A stretch of 64,000 bases of DNA from Cyanophora paradoxa CCMP329 (Eukaryota; Plantae; Glaucophyta): the NCBI GenBank assembly GCA_004431415.1, contig QPMI01000499.1:124001-188000 (forward strand), in the 5' to 3' direction. Positions 13,106 through 26,840 of the stretch are shown piece after piece. Under the pieces are notes generated by a model. It had not been told where the DNA came from. It ran no database searches and worked only from the letters and a program-made list of their open reading frames with translations. Numbering within the stretch: position 1 is the first letter of the stretch; each line of letters begins with the position of its first letter. Position numbers and translations under genes: made by a program.

Positions 13106-13944
13106 TTACAAGCCAAGATCCTTCTTGAGCTTTTCGGGCTTGAGCAATCCTGGAAATGAAGTGATCACCATATTGTATAAAACGAGCACCATGAGAGGGA
13201 CGACATACCCATCTCGACCGCAGTGAGGCCCCAGTGCGTACCCTGGTTGTCTTCGCCCTGCGATCTGAAAGGCAGCGTCAAAAGCAGTCGTGAAGAACAC
13301 CCTAGTTGGACCCACCTCCTGACTGCCTGCTGCTCAGTGAGGACGGTCAGCACTCCAAAGATCACGGGAACGCCAGTATCGAGGCCGACGCGCATGATGC
13401 CATGACTAGCAGCGTCCGCGATGTACTCGAAGTGCATCGTCTCGCCTGCGGCCTCGATCAGATTCTGGGAACACGCGAGCCTGGCCGATCGGCGCACCCT
13501 TGATTAGGCACCCAACGCACACGACAGCGTCGAGCGTTGGCTGCCCGTCCTGGCCCTTGCTAGCCTCGATAAGCCGCCGCGCGCCCATGGGCAGCTCGAA
13601 TGCGCCCGCAACCTGCCGGACCGCAGTTCAGATTAAAGCGCGCCTTCATGCGAGTGCGCGGCGCACCTCGATGGTCTTCACATTGCTCCTCGGCACCTTG
13701 CACTGGTCGAACGCCTGCTGCAGGCCGTCGATCAAGCCGTCAATGATGCTCACGTTCCACTTTGCCCGCACGATGCCGATCTTCAGCTTCGAGCCGTCGA
13801 GGATCTTCGCCTCGAGGCCCTGCGCGCCGGCAATTAGCGCGCGCACCGGTGCGCTCCCAGGTGGGCCGCGCGCGGGCGGAGGCGCGCGGGCTTGATCGAT
13901 CTGGCTGATCGCTGACTAACCTTGAGCTTGTGCTCTTCTGCCAT
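13106..13944 (-). CDS. RIB4: 6,7-dimethyl-8-ribityllumazine synthase; multi-exon, no obvious transit peptide
   Basis: [55 protein letters not shown]. Confidence 0.93.
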
Positions 13945-14777
13945 CGCGAGCGAGCCGCTGTAGCTTGAGCGCGCGAGCTGGCGCGCGTATCCGGTCCGCT
14001 GAAGCTTAAGTGGTCCCGCGGGGATCCGAGCCGAGGAGGAAGGATCGGAGTGGAGGGGAGGGTTCCAAGGAGGCCCCGGGAGGCCAAGCGCAAGAGCCTC
14101 GGAGCCTCGGACCCGGGAGTGAGGTTCAGGGTATACGTAAGATCTAGAGTGAGTGCATCATGATCATCATCATGGCCTGAATGCTGGCCAGTGGATCCGA
14201 TGATCTGAGCTCGAGGACTAAATCTGAGGATCCCCCGGACTAAATCTGAGGACAAAAAGCCTTGAAGGACTCTGAGGCTCCAGGAATTCGAAGGGGCTTA
14301 AATTCTAAAATTAAAGCTTGCAATTGCGCTGCCAGGCTGGTGGTGCAGCTGCAGCCGCTGAGCTGGTCGACGTCCCGGCCGGCCTGGCCCGGCCCGGGCC
14401 CCGACCCCTGATCTAACTTGCAAGAGCAATGCATATGAGCTCGAGGGCTAATATTAATTATAACGAGAATCGGGCTCCGTGATACCCTCGGCCGGGCCGG
14501 CCGCGGGCTGCCAAGCTTACGAATGTTTGAATTCTAGCAGACGTCGACTGTTTTATGTTTGTGTTTCTGTTAATGTTTTAATAGCAGACTGAGACTCTGA
14601 GAGCATGCATATGCATGTGATCACGGAACTCTTAAGTCATGATGGGCACCTAGCCTAGTAGTTCACTCACACACCTGCAGCCTGGCGCCGGCCATGGCTG
14701 GGCAGCATAAACCGGATACCAATAAAGGAGCGCAGATTTGATTCAGCTCAAGTGCATGCAGCTTCCTCGGAGCAAGA

Positions 14778-15639
14778 CTACTTCTTCTCCGGTTCCCACA
14801 ACAGGCGACCATCACAGGCGCAGACACGCTTGTCGTTCTGGAAGATTCCCGCAGACCTTGCAATGATCCCGCAGACAGCCGGATTCCCCTTATCGTCGGT
14901 CACACATGCTGAGCGGGCCACAATGTCCTTGATGTCAAAGTTGGACTCCGTGACCAAGCTGCCCTGGCCAGAGGAGCCGATGCTGACCTCCCCGAATCGC
15001 TTGTAGACATTTCCAGTATTAGATCCGCCATCAGTAACGTCTCCATATTCGTGGACTGCCACCTGGTACTTCCCTGCAAAGGAGAAGGCCTCAGGTCAGA
15101 CTGGTGCAAGGGACTCGGGATGTGCCTTTAACCCCAACTTGAAAAACAATTTGCCGACCTTGCGGGAGCCCGTTCACGGTCGCTTCGACGAAGCTAAGCT
15201 CTGATCTTAGCTGCACCATCCGCACCAGGCCCAGCACGCGCCCAGGAGGGCCTAAGCTTGCATGCGGAAATTCTAGAATCGCCACCGCCGCGCCGAGGTT
15301 CTCCCCTGTGCATCCGGACTGCGATGAGCTGCGCCGACTTTCACGAGAAAGTAACAGACCTCGCACCTGAAAGTGAGCCCTGGCCGCGCAGCACGACTGA
15401 CCTCCCCGAACTCGCAATCGCCTCGTACACTTGCGACGGGGGTGCTGCGCGCGCGATCAGATCCGAAGAACGCAGAAGGATGCGCGCGCATTCGACTGAC
15501 CCGAGCCCCGCACGACGACGCGCTGCGCGGGAAGGTCGACATCGACGGCATCTACGCCACTGACGCCGCCCAGCGCTGATCGCACGGCGGCGACGCAGCG
15601 CTCGCAGGTCATCTTTACGGCGAACTCCGCCGTGAACAT
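14778..15639 (-). CDS. CCS: Copper chaperone for superoxide dismutase
   Basis: N-terminal HMA domain EFAVKMTCERC, a SOD-like middle (AVHEYGD), and C-terminal GIIARSAG..KRVCACDG (CxC). Confidence 0.93.
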
Positions 15640-16017
15640 CTCCGCGCGCTGCAGACAGCGCCCGTGCGCTGGTGGGCTTGCCGAGCTAGCGCTGGTGGCG
15701 GGGGCAGTTCCCGGTGGGTCTAGGCTGGCTCAGCCTGCCTGGATCAATGCAACTTGCGGGCGAGCAGCTGGCTGGGCGGCACGAGCTTTGCAGCCTTTGC
15801 GTTATTTGGGGGTACACCCATCGCAGGACAAACAAAGCGAGGTGTTGGAAGGCGGCAGGAACGCAGCAGCCCGGGCTGGGACATCGGAGACAGCGCGGCG
15901 CACATACATACTGCAGAGCGGAGCGACGAGAGCACGCGCCTCGCCTCCACCGCAACGGCGGGCCGCGCCGCGCCCTCAGCCTGACAGCGCCCGGCCGGTG
16001 AGGTGTGATAGTTAGCT

Positions 16018-17510
16018 ATGGCCATGGAGAAGTCTCGTAGTCAGGTTGTCCTGCGTCCGCCCCCCTTCGCGCTGGCACCAGTGCAGTCGCTGGGCCACAG
16101 CCAGACGCTGCCGGAGCTGGGCGGGGCGCAGCGAAAGCCGCAGAAGCAGCAACCACTGAAGCAACAGCCACACAAGCAGCAGCACGTACAGCAGCAGCAA
16201 CGGCCGATAAGGTCGCCTGCCGGCGGAGAGACAGACTACGCCGGCGCCTTCTACTGGGCCGGGCCGCTCTCCGCAGGGAGCAAGAGCTCGCCCTCCAGCG
16301 ATAGGGACAAGAGCGGGCGCACTCAGCGCTCACAACACACAGCAGCCAGCAAGCCCGCAAGCCCTGAAACCAAGTGGGAATCGAACATCCCGAAGACCAT
16401 CCCGTTCTATGATGGAGCACACGACAGGCACCTGCCGCCCGCCATCCGGGCGCGGTATGAGCATCTGTCGCACGTCACGCGACCCAAAGGCAGCGACACC
16501 TTGTTGAAGCTGCGTACGATGGAGGCTTTCGAGAAGGAGCGGCTGGAAGCGGAGCGCCGCATACGCATTGAGCGGCAGCGCGAGATGGCACGCGCCAAAG
16601 CTGCGGAGGTAAATTCTTTGCGATGGATTGATCCCGCTGTGAGCTAAGCTGCCCCGATGCAGCGCCGCTACTTGGAAGAGCAAATTCAGAGGCGATTGTT
16701 GGAGGCCCTCGAGCAGGAGAAGGAGAAGCGCGTCGAGGTAGCTCCTTTCAGACAAATTCTCAAAATTATCGTCTAGCTGAGGCTCCGATCAGGTCGAAGT
16801 CAAAATCGTGCTGGATGAGCTTGCACAAACTGTACAGGACCGCATTTGGGAGGCTGAGCGCAAGGAAAACGCTCTGAAGGCTGCAACAACTATCCAGGTT
16901 TGTACTGTTAAATGGCTTGCAGTGTGTCTTGTCTTGACTGTTTCCAAGGCATCTTACCGGGCTTATCTTATTCGTATGCGGCTGGCAAATCTTGCATACG
17001 CAACTCTCACTGTGCAACGGGTCATCCGTGGCTTCCTCGCAAGGCGACGAGTTAAGAGGCTCAGGAGAGAGCGATTGATCAAGAAGATGTGCCGCGGCGA
17101 GACGGCCAGTGTGAAGGAAGCCGAGAGCCTGTCGGCCATGATGATCCAGTGTGCATGGAGGATGGGCCAGACGAGGCGCTCGTACATTCAGATGGTGCGC
17201 CTCTGTGCCTTTCGCTGCCCGCCGTCCATGTTGGCTCAGCTGTCCTGGTAGATGGACGCTGTGCTGGAGCTTGCAAGGACTGCAGAGGAGCGCAAGCTTG
17301 CCGTGCCTCTTCCAATGCTCGACAACATTGATAGAATAGCAAGGAAAGTCGGCGCAGAGCGCATCGTTGTGGGGGTGAGCTCTGCCAGCACTTTTTCTAT
17401 GTGCTCTCTGATCCTTGCAAACAGGTCAGGCCAGCTTCCCGAGAGAGGACTGTATCGAGGTCGAGCTCCAGATCCTCTATCCGTGCTGGTGGAGGTCTCC
17501 CAGTCCCTAG
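16018..17510 (+). CDS. IQ calmodulin-binding-motif / coiled-coil protein
   Basis: Motifs AATTIQ..YR, ATLTVQRVIRGFLARRRVK and SAMMIQCAWRM; low-complexity N-terminus; GT-AG introns. The 3' exon is inferred. Confidence 0.65.
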
Positions 17511-17819
17511 AAAAGAGCTGCCCTCGTCCGGCGTCAGTAGATAGATTTATTAGATATTCTTACTTGTTCTAGTGCTGAAGCACTCCGGATCTTTCCTTCT
17601 CATGCACATGCATATGTGAGCTTGCAATTGAGCATTCCATTTTATCTAAGTAAAACGTGCCACAGTGCATGCATCATGATCAACAATGAGCAACCCCTAG
17701 CTATAGAATCCAATGGGCCAGCAAGTGGTTTTGCTCTTTCTTTGTGATCGTGGGTGTCATTGCTCATTAAAGGTGAACATGGATCGGGGTGTGGGGCTGA
17801 GGCGCAACAGACGAACACT

Positions 17820-18928
17820 CTAGTTCATCTGGCGGATGAGGCCGTTGATGCGGTCCTCGCGGTTGCCGGCATCGCCGCCCTCCTTGAAGTGGATGGTCTT
17901 GTCGGTCATGCCGCCCTGCCACGACACGCTCAGTGTGCTCGAATACAGACCACGAAGAGCACCGCTCAGTACTGACCTTGGGGGACGACAGCTGGAAGGG
18001 CCACAGGAAGTTGTTCGCCTCCTTGAAGTGGGGGCCGACAGTGTAGATCTCGTGGACGAGGTCCTGCGTGCAACACGTCAGGGCGGAGTTCTCCCAGCTG
18101 TCGGCCTCATGCCCAGCGCGAACCTCCATGCAGACAATGCCGTACTTGCCCAGCTGCTGCTCGATGATCGAGTTGTCGGTGATCGGAACGCGCTGGCCGT
18201 TGACCTTCGCGAAACCGCGCTTGTAGATGAGCTCCTTCACCGACTTAAGGTTGGGGGTGCTGCGCGCGACAAACGCGTTCGTCAAAAAGTATGATCGAGA
18301 TCGGAAGCCGACCCTGTGCACCCGTAAGACACGTAGAACTCGACGAGGCGCAGCATCATGATGGTCGCCTTGTTCAGCTTGACGAAGGTGCCGTTGTTGA
18401 TCTGGCGCAGACGAAGGAGCTGAAGAATCTTCTTGATGCGCGGGTTCATCTGGTTGATACTGTGGGCGGCGCCCCATCAGCTCCAAGAACGAGGGACCAG
18501 TGCTGAGCTCGAGCAGCGCCCCAGCGCACCCGCGGACGCGGATGACGAACGCGAGCTTAGGCTCGGGCTCCAGGAAGTAGTTCTTGTTCGCCTTCGCCTG
18601 GCGGCGGAAGCGGACGAGAGACTGGTCCATCTGGCGGTACTCCTTGACGTACTTCTCCGCGCGCTTGAAGATGTCCTTGCGCTTCAGCTTCCGCTCCTTC
18701 GAGAGCACAATCACGACGAGCCCCGCACTAGCGCACGAGCACCCGGACCTTCTGCGACTTCACAGCCGCAGCCGCCTTCTCAGCCTTGATCTTGTCATCC
18801 CGCTTCCGCTTCTTGAGAAGGGTCGCCGGGACAACCTGCTCCGGCTTTCTGCGCACGCCAAGGAAGCACGCGCGGCCTTAGCACTCCGCGCCCCGGGGCA
18901 GCGATCGGGAAAGAGCGAACCCTGCCAT
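17820..18928 (-). CDS. RPL7: 60S ribosomal protein L7 (uL30)
   Basis: [79 protein letters not shown]. Confidence 0.96.
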
Positions 18929-19775
18929 GTTCACTGCAGCCGAGCGGGCGGTGCGCAGGTCAGCGGCGGTCGACAACTTCAGCTAGCAGCGGGATGCGAG
19001 GGGCGCACCTGACTGCTCGCCGGGAGCACCGCAGGCGGAGGGAGGGTTAGCACTGCGCGAGCGAGATCGGGGCCGGCAGCGAGGCGATTCGTACCTGCGC
19101 GGGAGTCCAATTAGCGGTTGGAGCGCGCCCGGGGTCAGCAGGCGTGCGCAGGGTAGGAAACAGTCGCGAGCGCACCTAACAACCCACACTGGGTACACGC
19201 ACCGCGCTCGCCGTATGTGTACCCTCCCAACGACGCGCCGCCTAACTCGCCCAGCGCCTCTAAGCTGCTCTTCTTAACTTTATCTTCGTGCATTTAATCC
19301 GCGTCACGGCGTACGCGTTGCCGCGGCAATGCACCCGGCAAGAAGCGCCCGCGCGCGCGCGCGCCGGCGCCTGGCCCTGGCCGCTTCCCCCAAATCGGCT
19401 TGACAAGATGCAACGAGCGCGCGTGTTGTGCGGGCCGGGCCGCTACTTGCGAGACAACGTGTCAACCCGCTCCGGGGTACGGGTCCAGTTCGCATATTCC
19501 CAAGGTGCGCTTTCCCGCAGCGCCCGGCCTCCTTACGTTTCGCCATTTCGCTTATAGCGAACCCTCGTTTTCCTGCCGCGCTCGCACGCGCCCAAACCCT
19601 GCGCATCCGGCGATCTCTCTAGCCTGCTGTCAAACGGCACATAGGCGGATCATTCAATGTGCTACCAGTAGCTACGGCCAGTCGTATTCCTGATCCTACC
19701 CACAAGTCAGACTCTCGCGATCCGGAGGCGATCGCCGGTCTCCCGTGCTGACCCCTGCCCGCCGCGCAGTTCGCC

Positions 19776-20519
19776 ATGTCGTCCGAGCGCACCTTCATCA
19801 TCGTCAAGCCCGATGGCGTCCAGCGCGGCCTCGTCGGCGAGATCCTCGGCCGGGTTTGTGCTGTCCTGTCTGGTCTCGCATGTACCGCGCCCAAGCCCGG
19901 CGCGCAGTTCGAGAAGCGCGGCTACAAGATCGTCGCCCTGAAGGCGACGAAGGTCACCAAGGAGTGCGTGGCGTGGCGGCGCTTGTGGTGCGCGGGAGAC
20001 TGATGAGATCGCCAGGTTCGCCGGCAAGCACTACGCCGACCTCTCCTCGAAGCCCTTCTACGATGGCCTCTGTGCGCGCTCGTCCGAGCCGCTCTCTCAG
20101 CGTTTTGCCCGTTGCCGCCTGATCGTCCCCTAGGCACGTACCTCGCCAGCAGCACCCTCGTCTGCGCCGTCATCGAGGGCAAGGACATCGTCAAGCAGGC
20201 CCGCTCCATGATCGGCGCCACCAACCCGCTCGCGTCGGCCCCCGGTGAGCTCGCGCGCGCCATTGGTCGACGCTCGATTGCAGCGCCTGACGCCGAGAGT
20301 GCAGGCACCATCCGTGGCGACTTCTCCATTGATGTCGGCCGGTGAGTCCTAGCCACGCGATCTAGCCCAGCCAATTAAATCGTGCTGACGGGCGCCCTCA
20401 GCAACGTGATCCACGGCTCCGACTCCGTCGACAACGCGAACAAGGAGATCGCCCTCTGGTTCAAGCCCGAGGAGGTCGCCGCTTGGGACTCGTGCGCCAA
20501 GAACTGGATCTACGAGTAA
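19776..20519 (+). CDS. NDK1: Nucleoside diphosphate kinase (group I)
   Basis: [51 protein letters not shown]. Confidence 0.96.
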
Positions 20520-20801
20520 ATTCTATACCCTCGTAGCCCCTGCCTGTCTTTCGCAATCGAGAGCGAGCTCCAGAATCTACTGGGGAGCATGCGGCAGCAA
20601 GCTAGAGCTGGTTTCGGTTCAATATAATCCAGACCGGGACAATAAATGTGTACCTAGAACTAAAGCAAGTAATTGGACTTCGAGGCAAAGGGCAAAGCTG
20701 CAGGGAGTCGCCCCGCCCGACGCTGCAGAGCACAGAAGCGAAGGCGGGTGCTGCGACCTGCAGCCATCCCGAGTCGCCCTTCGAAGTCCGCCAGGGCCCC
20801 C

Positions 20802-23800
20802 TCAAATGGGGACGCAGCTGCAAGCAAATCAGGGATGTGGCAGCCGCAGCATTTAAGGAGGCATCGCACCCGAGGTGATTGCAGAAGCTCCAGTTGAGGA
20901 CCTCCTGCGTGTAGTGGATGTAGCCCGTCGAGCCCGTGAAGCCGATGTACGAGTTGCCATTGGAGTCCGTGACTGAAGTGAATGCAATAAGTGAATGCAT
21001 CACAGTATGGGTACGATCAAGCTCACCGGCAGCAAACTCGTCATCACGGATGGCGACGCGCAGGACAAACATATTCATCTCGTCCACGAAGATAGTGAGG
21101 TAGCCAGGGTAGTCCCGGTGGACGAGGTAGGGGATGGGCGAGGCCGATGCGACAGCGGTCTCAAGTATTTTGGCCACACCAGTGGTCGTGCCTGTTAGGT
21201 TGAGAGTTCCAGCTGCAGCGTATGCGCCGCATGCTGTCCCAGGAATCGGGATCTGTCGGTCGCAGCCCGGAGGCACCCAGCGGACCTGGAGAAACAGATT
21301 GAGCATGAGAGGGAGATAGGGCTCAGCTGCAATACGAACCTTCATCGCATCGTCAGCCGTGATGCGATCGCCGTAGGTGTTGACAACGACCATCTTGACT
21401 TTATCTCCTTGAGCATCCAGGGCAGATGCGACTTGATAATTGACAGTGATGTATGTGACGACCTGGAGAGCGATGTCAGAAGGCAAAGGAAAGCAAAGCA
21501 ATTGAAGATCACTAAGGACCTTGTCTGTGTACTTCATTTCCGACTTGAATTTGGTGTTCGCGTTGCCCTTGATGATGCAGTAAAGCGAAGCAGTAGCACC
21601 AGAGCAGGCATCCCAGTAGATGAGACCCTGACCCTGCAGAGCAGAGAGGATTCAGAAGATCACCTACAAGATAAACAAAAACTGGCGAACCTGGCGAGGG
21701 GACGTGGTGAAACCGTCGAAGTACTGCAGCTTGATCGTGTGCACAAGCCCGTCATTGAGATTCGGGATCGAAGGGGTGGCCGCAAAGTGGTAGGCATCGT
21801 TGCTGTGATCAGCTGACAGGCCGTGGTTGGGGTACTTAGTAGGATCCGGGGTGAGGAAGACGCCAAGGTGGTTGTCCTGGTTGCTGATGATCTCAGTCGC
21901 ATTGATCCACCAGTGGCGGAGTCCCTGGCGGGGATCCCGCTGATTCTGGTCGTAGTAGACATCGAGCTCTACAGCAAGACCCTTGCGAATGCCACCATCA
22001 CGACACCGAGGATCGGGGTCGACACGATCACCAAAACTGCCAACAAAAGTTCGACAGCAATGAAGTGCAAGGAAACAAGAGATATGCACCCGTTGCCAGA
22101 ACCCGCACAGCCAACGGGGTTCGTTGTGGCTGCGGTTCTCCTAGGACGGGTCGTCCAGATTTCGATCTGGTCTCCAACCGTGTGCCCAGTCTGGTGCATG
22201 CGAGTTAGGAATTGCTCTGCAAAATTATGCGAAAACAAAAAGCACCTGGGAGCATGCAACTGCGATGCTGTCAATGATTGTCACTGGCGATGAGAGCCCA
22301 GCACATGTGTACGGGGTGGCCAAGAAGTCCGTGTCATAGCGGTACATATCGGCATCACGCTTGACGACAAACGTGTCTCCAGCAGCATCAACCGTCGTGA
22401 TCTTGAGCGTGTAGACATACCTGTTGAAAATTCAGAGAACGATAAAGAAATGTCGAGCCAACAAGTGCACTTATAGACGCCAGGCTTCCAGCTCCCTGCC
22501 GCCACTGCTCCAGTGGTGGCCACATCGTTGGTGTCCCAACAGGATGGGTTTGCAGGAAGGCCTGTTGTAGCAACATCGGGAGTAGAGCATGGTGAATAAG
22601 AAGTGCCATTGACAACGAAGTCATTCAGTCCGTAGCCAGTAGTCATGAGACCAGCAGTCGCAACACCAGCAGCATCGGCCTACTCAGGTTAGAGAAAGAT
22701 CACACTTAAAGAAAGGCACAGCATTTCAACGCACTGCGCCATTGTCATCATGCAGCACGAAGGCGATGCCATTGCCACCGTCACAGATGCCATCGATGCG
22801 TCCTTGGCACATCGAAGCTGCCGTGAATTGGACCTGGAAGTTCACCTCGAAGCCATCTGAGACATGCATCTGCCATGCGTCAGAAGCCACCTCGAGATCG
22901 TTGCATCAGAGTGAACCTTGTCCTTGTAGAACACTGCTCCAACCTGTGGAGTGTCGAAGGCAGGGATGCCATTGGTGGCTCCGATTATGCGAATCTGAAA
23001 CGAGGTTAATAACAGAGATAGCAACTCCAAACAAGAAAACTGAACCCACATCGTACGTGTCCAGTGCAGTAATAACATTCACAGTTGGTGTCTGCACAAT
23101 CCACAGCCCGTCTCCAATGTACACTTTGTTGTCGTCATCCAGAGTCAAGGTGGCTTGGCTGCTACCATCCTTGCTGACCTTCACAGAGGTCGTAGACGCT
23201 ACCTCAACCCTGTACTGAGTTGGGGCGCTGCCCGTGTAGAACCCGGTAGCGTAGAAAGAAGCTGTTGAAGCCGAATCCCGCCGAACCAGCTGCGTAGGTC
23301 CGATGCGGAACTGAGGCGGGGCCCCTGTTGTGAGGCGCATCGTAGCAGGTGAGGTGATCGTGATGGTGAAGACATCCCCTATGCGATAGTCGAAAGTGGT
23401 TCCACCAAGCGTGTAACTTCCCCTAAAGAGAATAAAGATGCCAGTCGACCCAAGCTCCACCGGAGTACCACGGGTCGCATTGTTGCTGGTTACAGCGGAT
23501 CCCCCACTCTTCTGGTAGGTGAAAGTGACAATGGTAGCATCTGTCGCTGTGATTGTAATAGCAAAAGTGATGGGCGAGTCCGGGGTGCCAACATCTGTGC
23601 CAGTGTAGATGCCATAGACTTGAACGTCATCGAGGTGGACCTCCGCACGAGTGGTCACAGTAGCTGGAATTGTTCGTACGGCCTTGAGAGAGTTGAAAGA
23701 TATAAAGTTCTCGGAGCCGATGGAGACGTAGACCTCAAACTGGTCGCCAACGGTCCAGGCAGCATCCGAGACAGTGACAGGGAAGACAATTTTAGCACCA

Positions 23801-26800
23801 AAATCCTTGAAGTTATCGTCCGAGGCAGCCAGAGCGGAATCTGTGAGAGCAAGAGCAACCACCCCCTTGCCAAGATGAAGTTCAGAGTTCAATGATGTAT
23901 CGGGAGAGAGTTCAGAGGACCAAGCTTTGATAGGTGCTCCATCACACATGCTCACACGGTACCTGCAAGCGAGATCAGTGACATCAGTAATACACTGTAC
24001 TATATGTCAACGCACTTGAATTTGAGGCCAGAGCCAAAGCTGCCATCTACATTGGCAGATGCAGCAGTTCCTGCAACAGTGATCTCGATGGTGTAAACAA
24101 GCACGACCGGGCCTTGGCAGCTTGGGTGAGTAAGATCGATGAGTGCAGCTGTGTTATTGAAAGTTCCCATCGTGAAAAGGTCCCGGCGGCCACGTCCAAT
24201 CGTCTGAGAGGGCGAGTTACAAAGTTCGATTCTGTATTCGTTGGAAAAAGCACCTGCTTCGGTGAACTGATCATGAACATTGTGCGAGATGCACGCAGGC
24301 CTGAATTCTGGCATCGGCTCTTGTGTGACACTGGGAGAGCCTGAATTGCAGCCGAGCCAGTGCCAAACGTTTGACTGGCCAGTGTTTTTGTAATGGCGTT
24401 GTTTGCATCGCCGTCAGTTGCAGTCTGCGGGTAATATGAGCGGTCCGACTGGCACAGGAAGTCCGGGTAGTTGAACTCTGGAAAAGGAACGATTTAAGAC
24501 CGTGGATAAGTGCATGCAGCCAAACTGCGGACCAGTGTAGAGCGTGAACGAGTACTCGGAGGAGCCTGTACGCTGCGGGTAGCGGTTGTCGCCACGGAGG
24601 CCAAAGATCCAGTCCTGCCGAGAAAAGAAGACGATGAGCTTGATACATTCAAACAGAAAAAGACAAAAACACCTTGCAGTTGTAGTACAGGCCGTAATCC
24701 AAGCCTGTCTGTGGTGGATTTGTTGCGTTGGGCGTTCCTGCAAAGCTGGACAGTGCAATGAAGTCGCTCGGGGCGTATTCAGCATAATTCAGGCCCGTTG
24801 CATCAGAGCTAGGTGCGTAGCTGTAACTGTACGGATAAACGTCCGCCTCGAAGGGCTGGTACAGCAGCTTGACAGCGTCACCTTGCGCAACTCCAATGCT
24901 GACTTGAGAGAACGTGGGCAGCGAGGCAGTGGCACTCGTGCCGCTGATCGTGCTCGTGTAAGGGGCGCAGTTGCGGGCAACCGAGTACTGAGGAACGTCG
25001 ATCGCCCACGGGTTGGACTCGCGCACACTCGTCTGGTTGTACAGGGTGCTGGCAGGGAGGGCCGCGTTGCTCTGCACGAGCATGTCGAGGTTGTCATCGA
25101 TGGTGTACGCAAAGACGCGGAGGTTGACGGTGCTGTACTCGGGAGTCATCGTATAGTACGCCCAGAGGTTCTGGCCGACCGAACCACCGATCTGGACGCC
25201 ACAGCAGCCTGGATTCACAGGGCAGGACTTGTAGTTGAACGTCTTGATGGGGCTGACCATGGGGCAGCCAGCGAACCAGCGCCAATTGCCTGTAGCAACT
25301 GTAGTACCAACTGCATAACTTGATGTGACAGATGCGGTGATTGCGTGGGTGACTGTGACAATCTGGGAAGAATTGATCGTCGTTACACGAAAGACGTCGA
25401 ACTTGTTGAAAGAGCTCGACGACGAGATCATGATGGACATGGGGAGGGTTGCAGTTGTCCAGCTCGGATTCGCGGCGGATGCAGACAGCTCCATTATTCC
25501 ATTGCCAACCATAGTCGAGTCAGTCAAGGAGGTGGCAGCTGTGAAGGAGTTTACTGAAAGCGTGCCCAAGCCCGTTATGAGGTCCAGGCAGCGGCCAGTG
25601 TTGTAGCAGACGGGGTTGGTCTTGAGCTGGGATCCGGTGGTCGTGCCAGGAACGGGCACAGCCAGCGCCTTGCCCATCACAGGTGTCGTGTAGGAGAAGA
25701 CGGCGCACCCTCCACTGACTCCGTCGAATGTACCATCAGCGTTCGCGGCGGCATCGAAATCGGATGTCAACGTCAGTGGAGGAGTCACGTCGGCCACAGT
25801 GCAGATGGAAGAGAGGGGAGTCTCGATCGCTGTTGAAGTGCCCATGGGAGAAGCCGTGCCGGGGATAGACATGTTAGCCGCGTTGCTGGGGAGGATGGGG
25901 GCGTCGAACGGCTTGTCAACGATAAGGACGCGGTCTGAAGTCACGTTGCGGATAGTGCGGGTCTGCGTGTACGTGACGCCGTCGATGACGATCTTCGCCG
26001 TGATCGAGTATCCAGGAAGGAGTTCGATAAGAAAAGGAGTGGCGATGGTGGGAGGAAGGATTCCGAAGACGGTCGTCGTGCCCAGGTAAAGCTTCGCGGT
26101 CGATATGGAGGACGTGAAGACGCTATCCGCGATGAAAGAGGTGTCGCTGGTGATCTGCTGGACGTACTTGACCTCCCGATTGTCGCCGATCATAAAAGGC
26201 CAGCCGATGCGGAGGTCGAGCCAGAACTCCGTGCCTGAGCCAGTAACCACGTTCGAGCCGGCGGTGACACTGACGGTGCCCTGAATGCGCATGATGTTGC
26301 CGAGGAACTGCGGGTTGGCGCCAGTCATGGGTGCGGACTCCGGGCATGAGCTGTAGCTCCAGGACGCGTACTTCGTAGAGTTGAACGACTGGCTGAAAGG
26401 CCGATCGACGGTGAAGCCCGTGGCCGAGACGCTGGTCACGTAGCGGACTTCGGTCTTGAGCGGATTAGTTGTAACACCGGTGTCACTATCGATGCCGCTC
26501 ACGCGCACAGCGTAGCCCGCATCCAGTATCCCCACCAACGACGTAGATGATACGACGAAGTTCGCGGTGTTCGTGCCGTCCAGGAAGAAAGACAGAAGTG
26601 CACCATCGGTCCGAGCATTGCCGACAGTGGGATCGCTGCCGCACCACCCGCAAGACGTATCGTACACGCAGGAAGCACAACTCTTGAAGTAGTCGCAGCC
26701 AGCAAAAGCTGCGGGAGGGGCAGCGTAAGATCAAGTTGGCGGGACACAGGCTGCTCAGCACGGGCCAGCCGGGGCGAACCTGGGGCTACGAGCGCAGTCA

Positions 26801-26840
26801 CCAGACACAGGGCGATGAGCCCCGCGTAGCTGGCCCTCAT
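20802..26840 (-). CDS. Large secreted, Thr/Ser-rich, beta-rich protein with a C-terminal legume(L)-type lectin-like domain
   Basis: Signal-peptide-like MRASYAGLIALCLVTALVAPG; long exons (ORFs 24649-26667 and 22906-23955); L-lectin hallmarks GFEVNF..GGNGIAFVLH, GLAVELDVY, SYIGFTGSTG..QEVLNWSF. Last exon inferred (NHLG|CVPI*). Confidence 0.75.
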
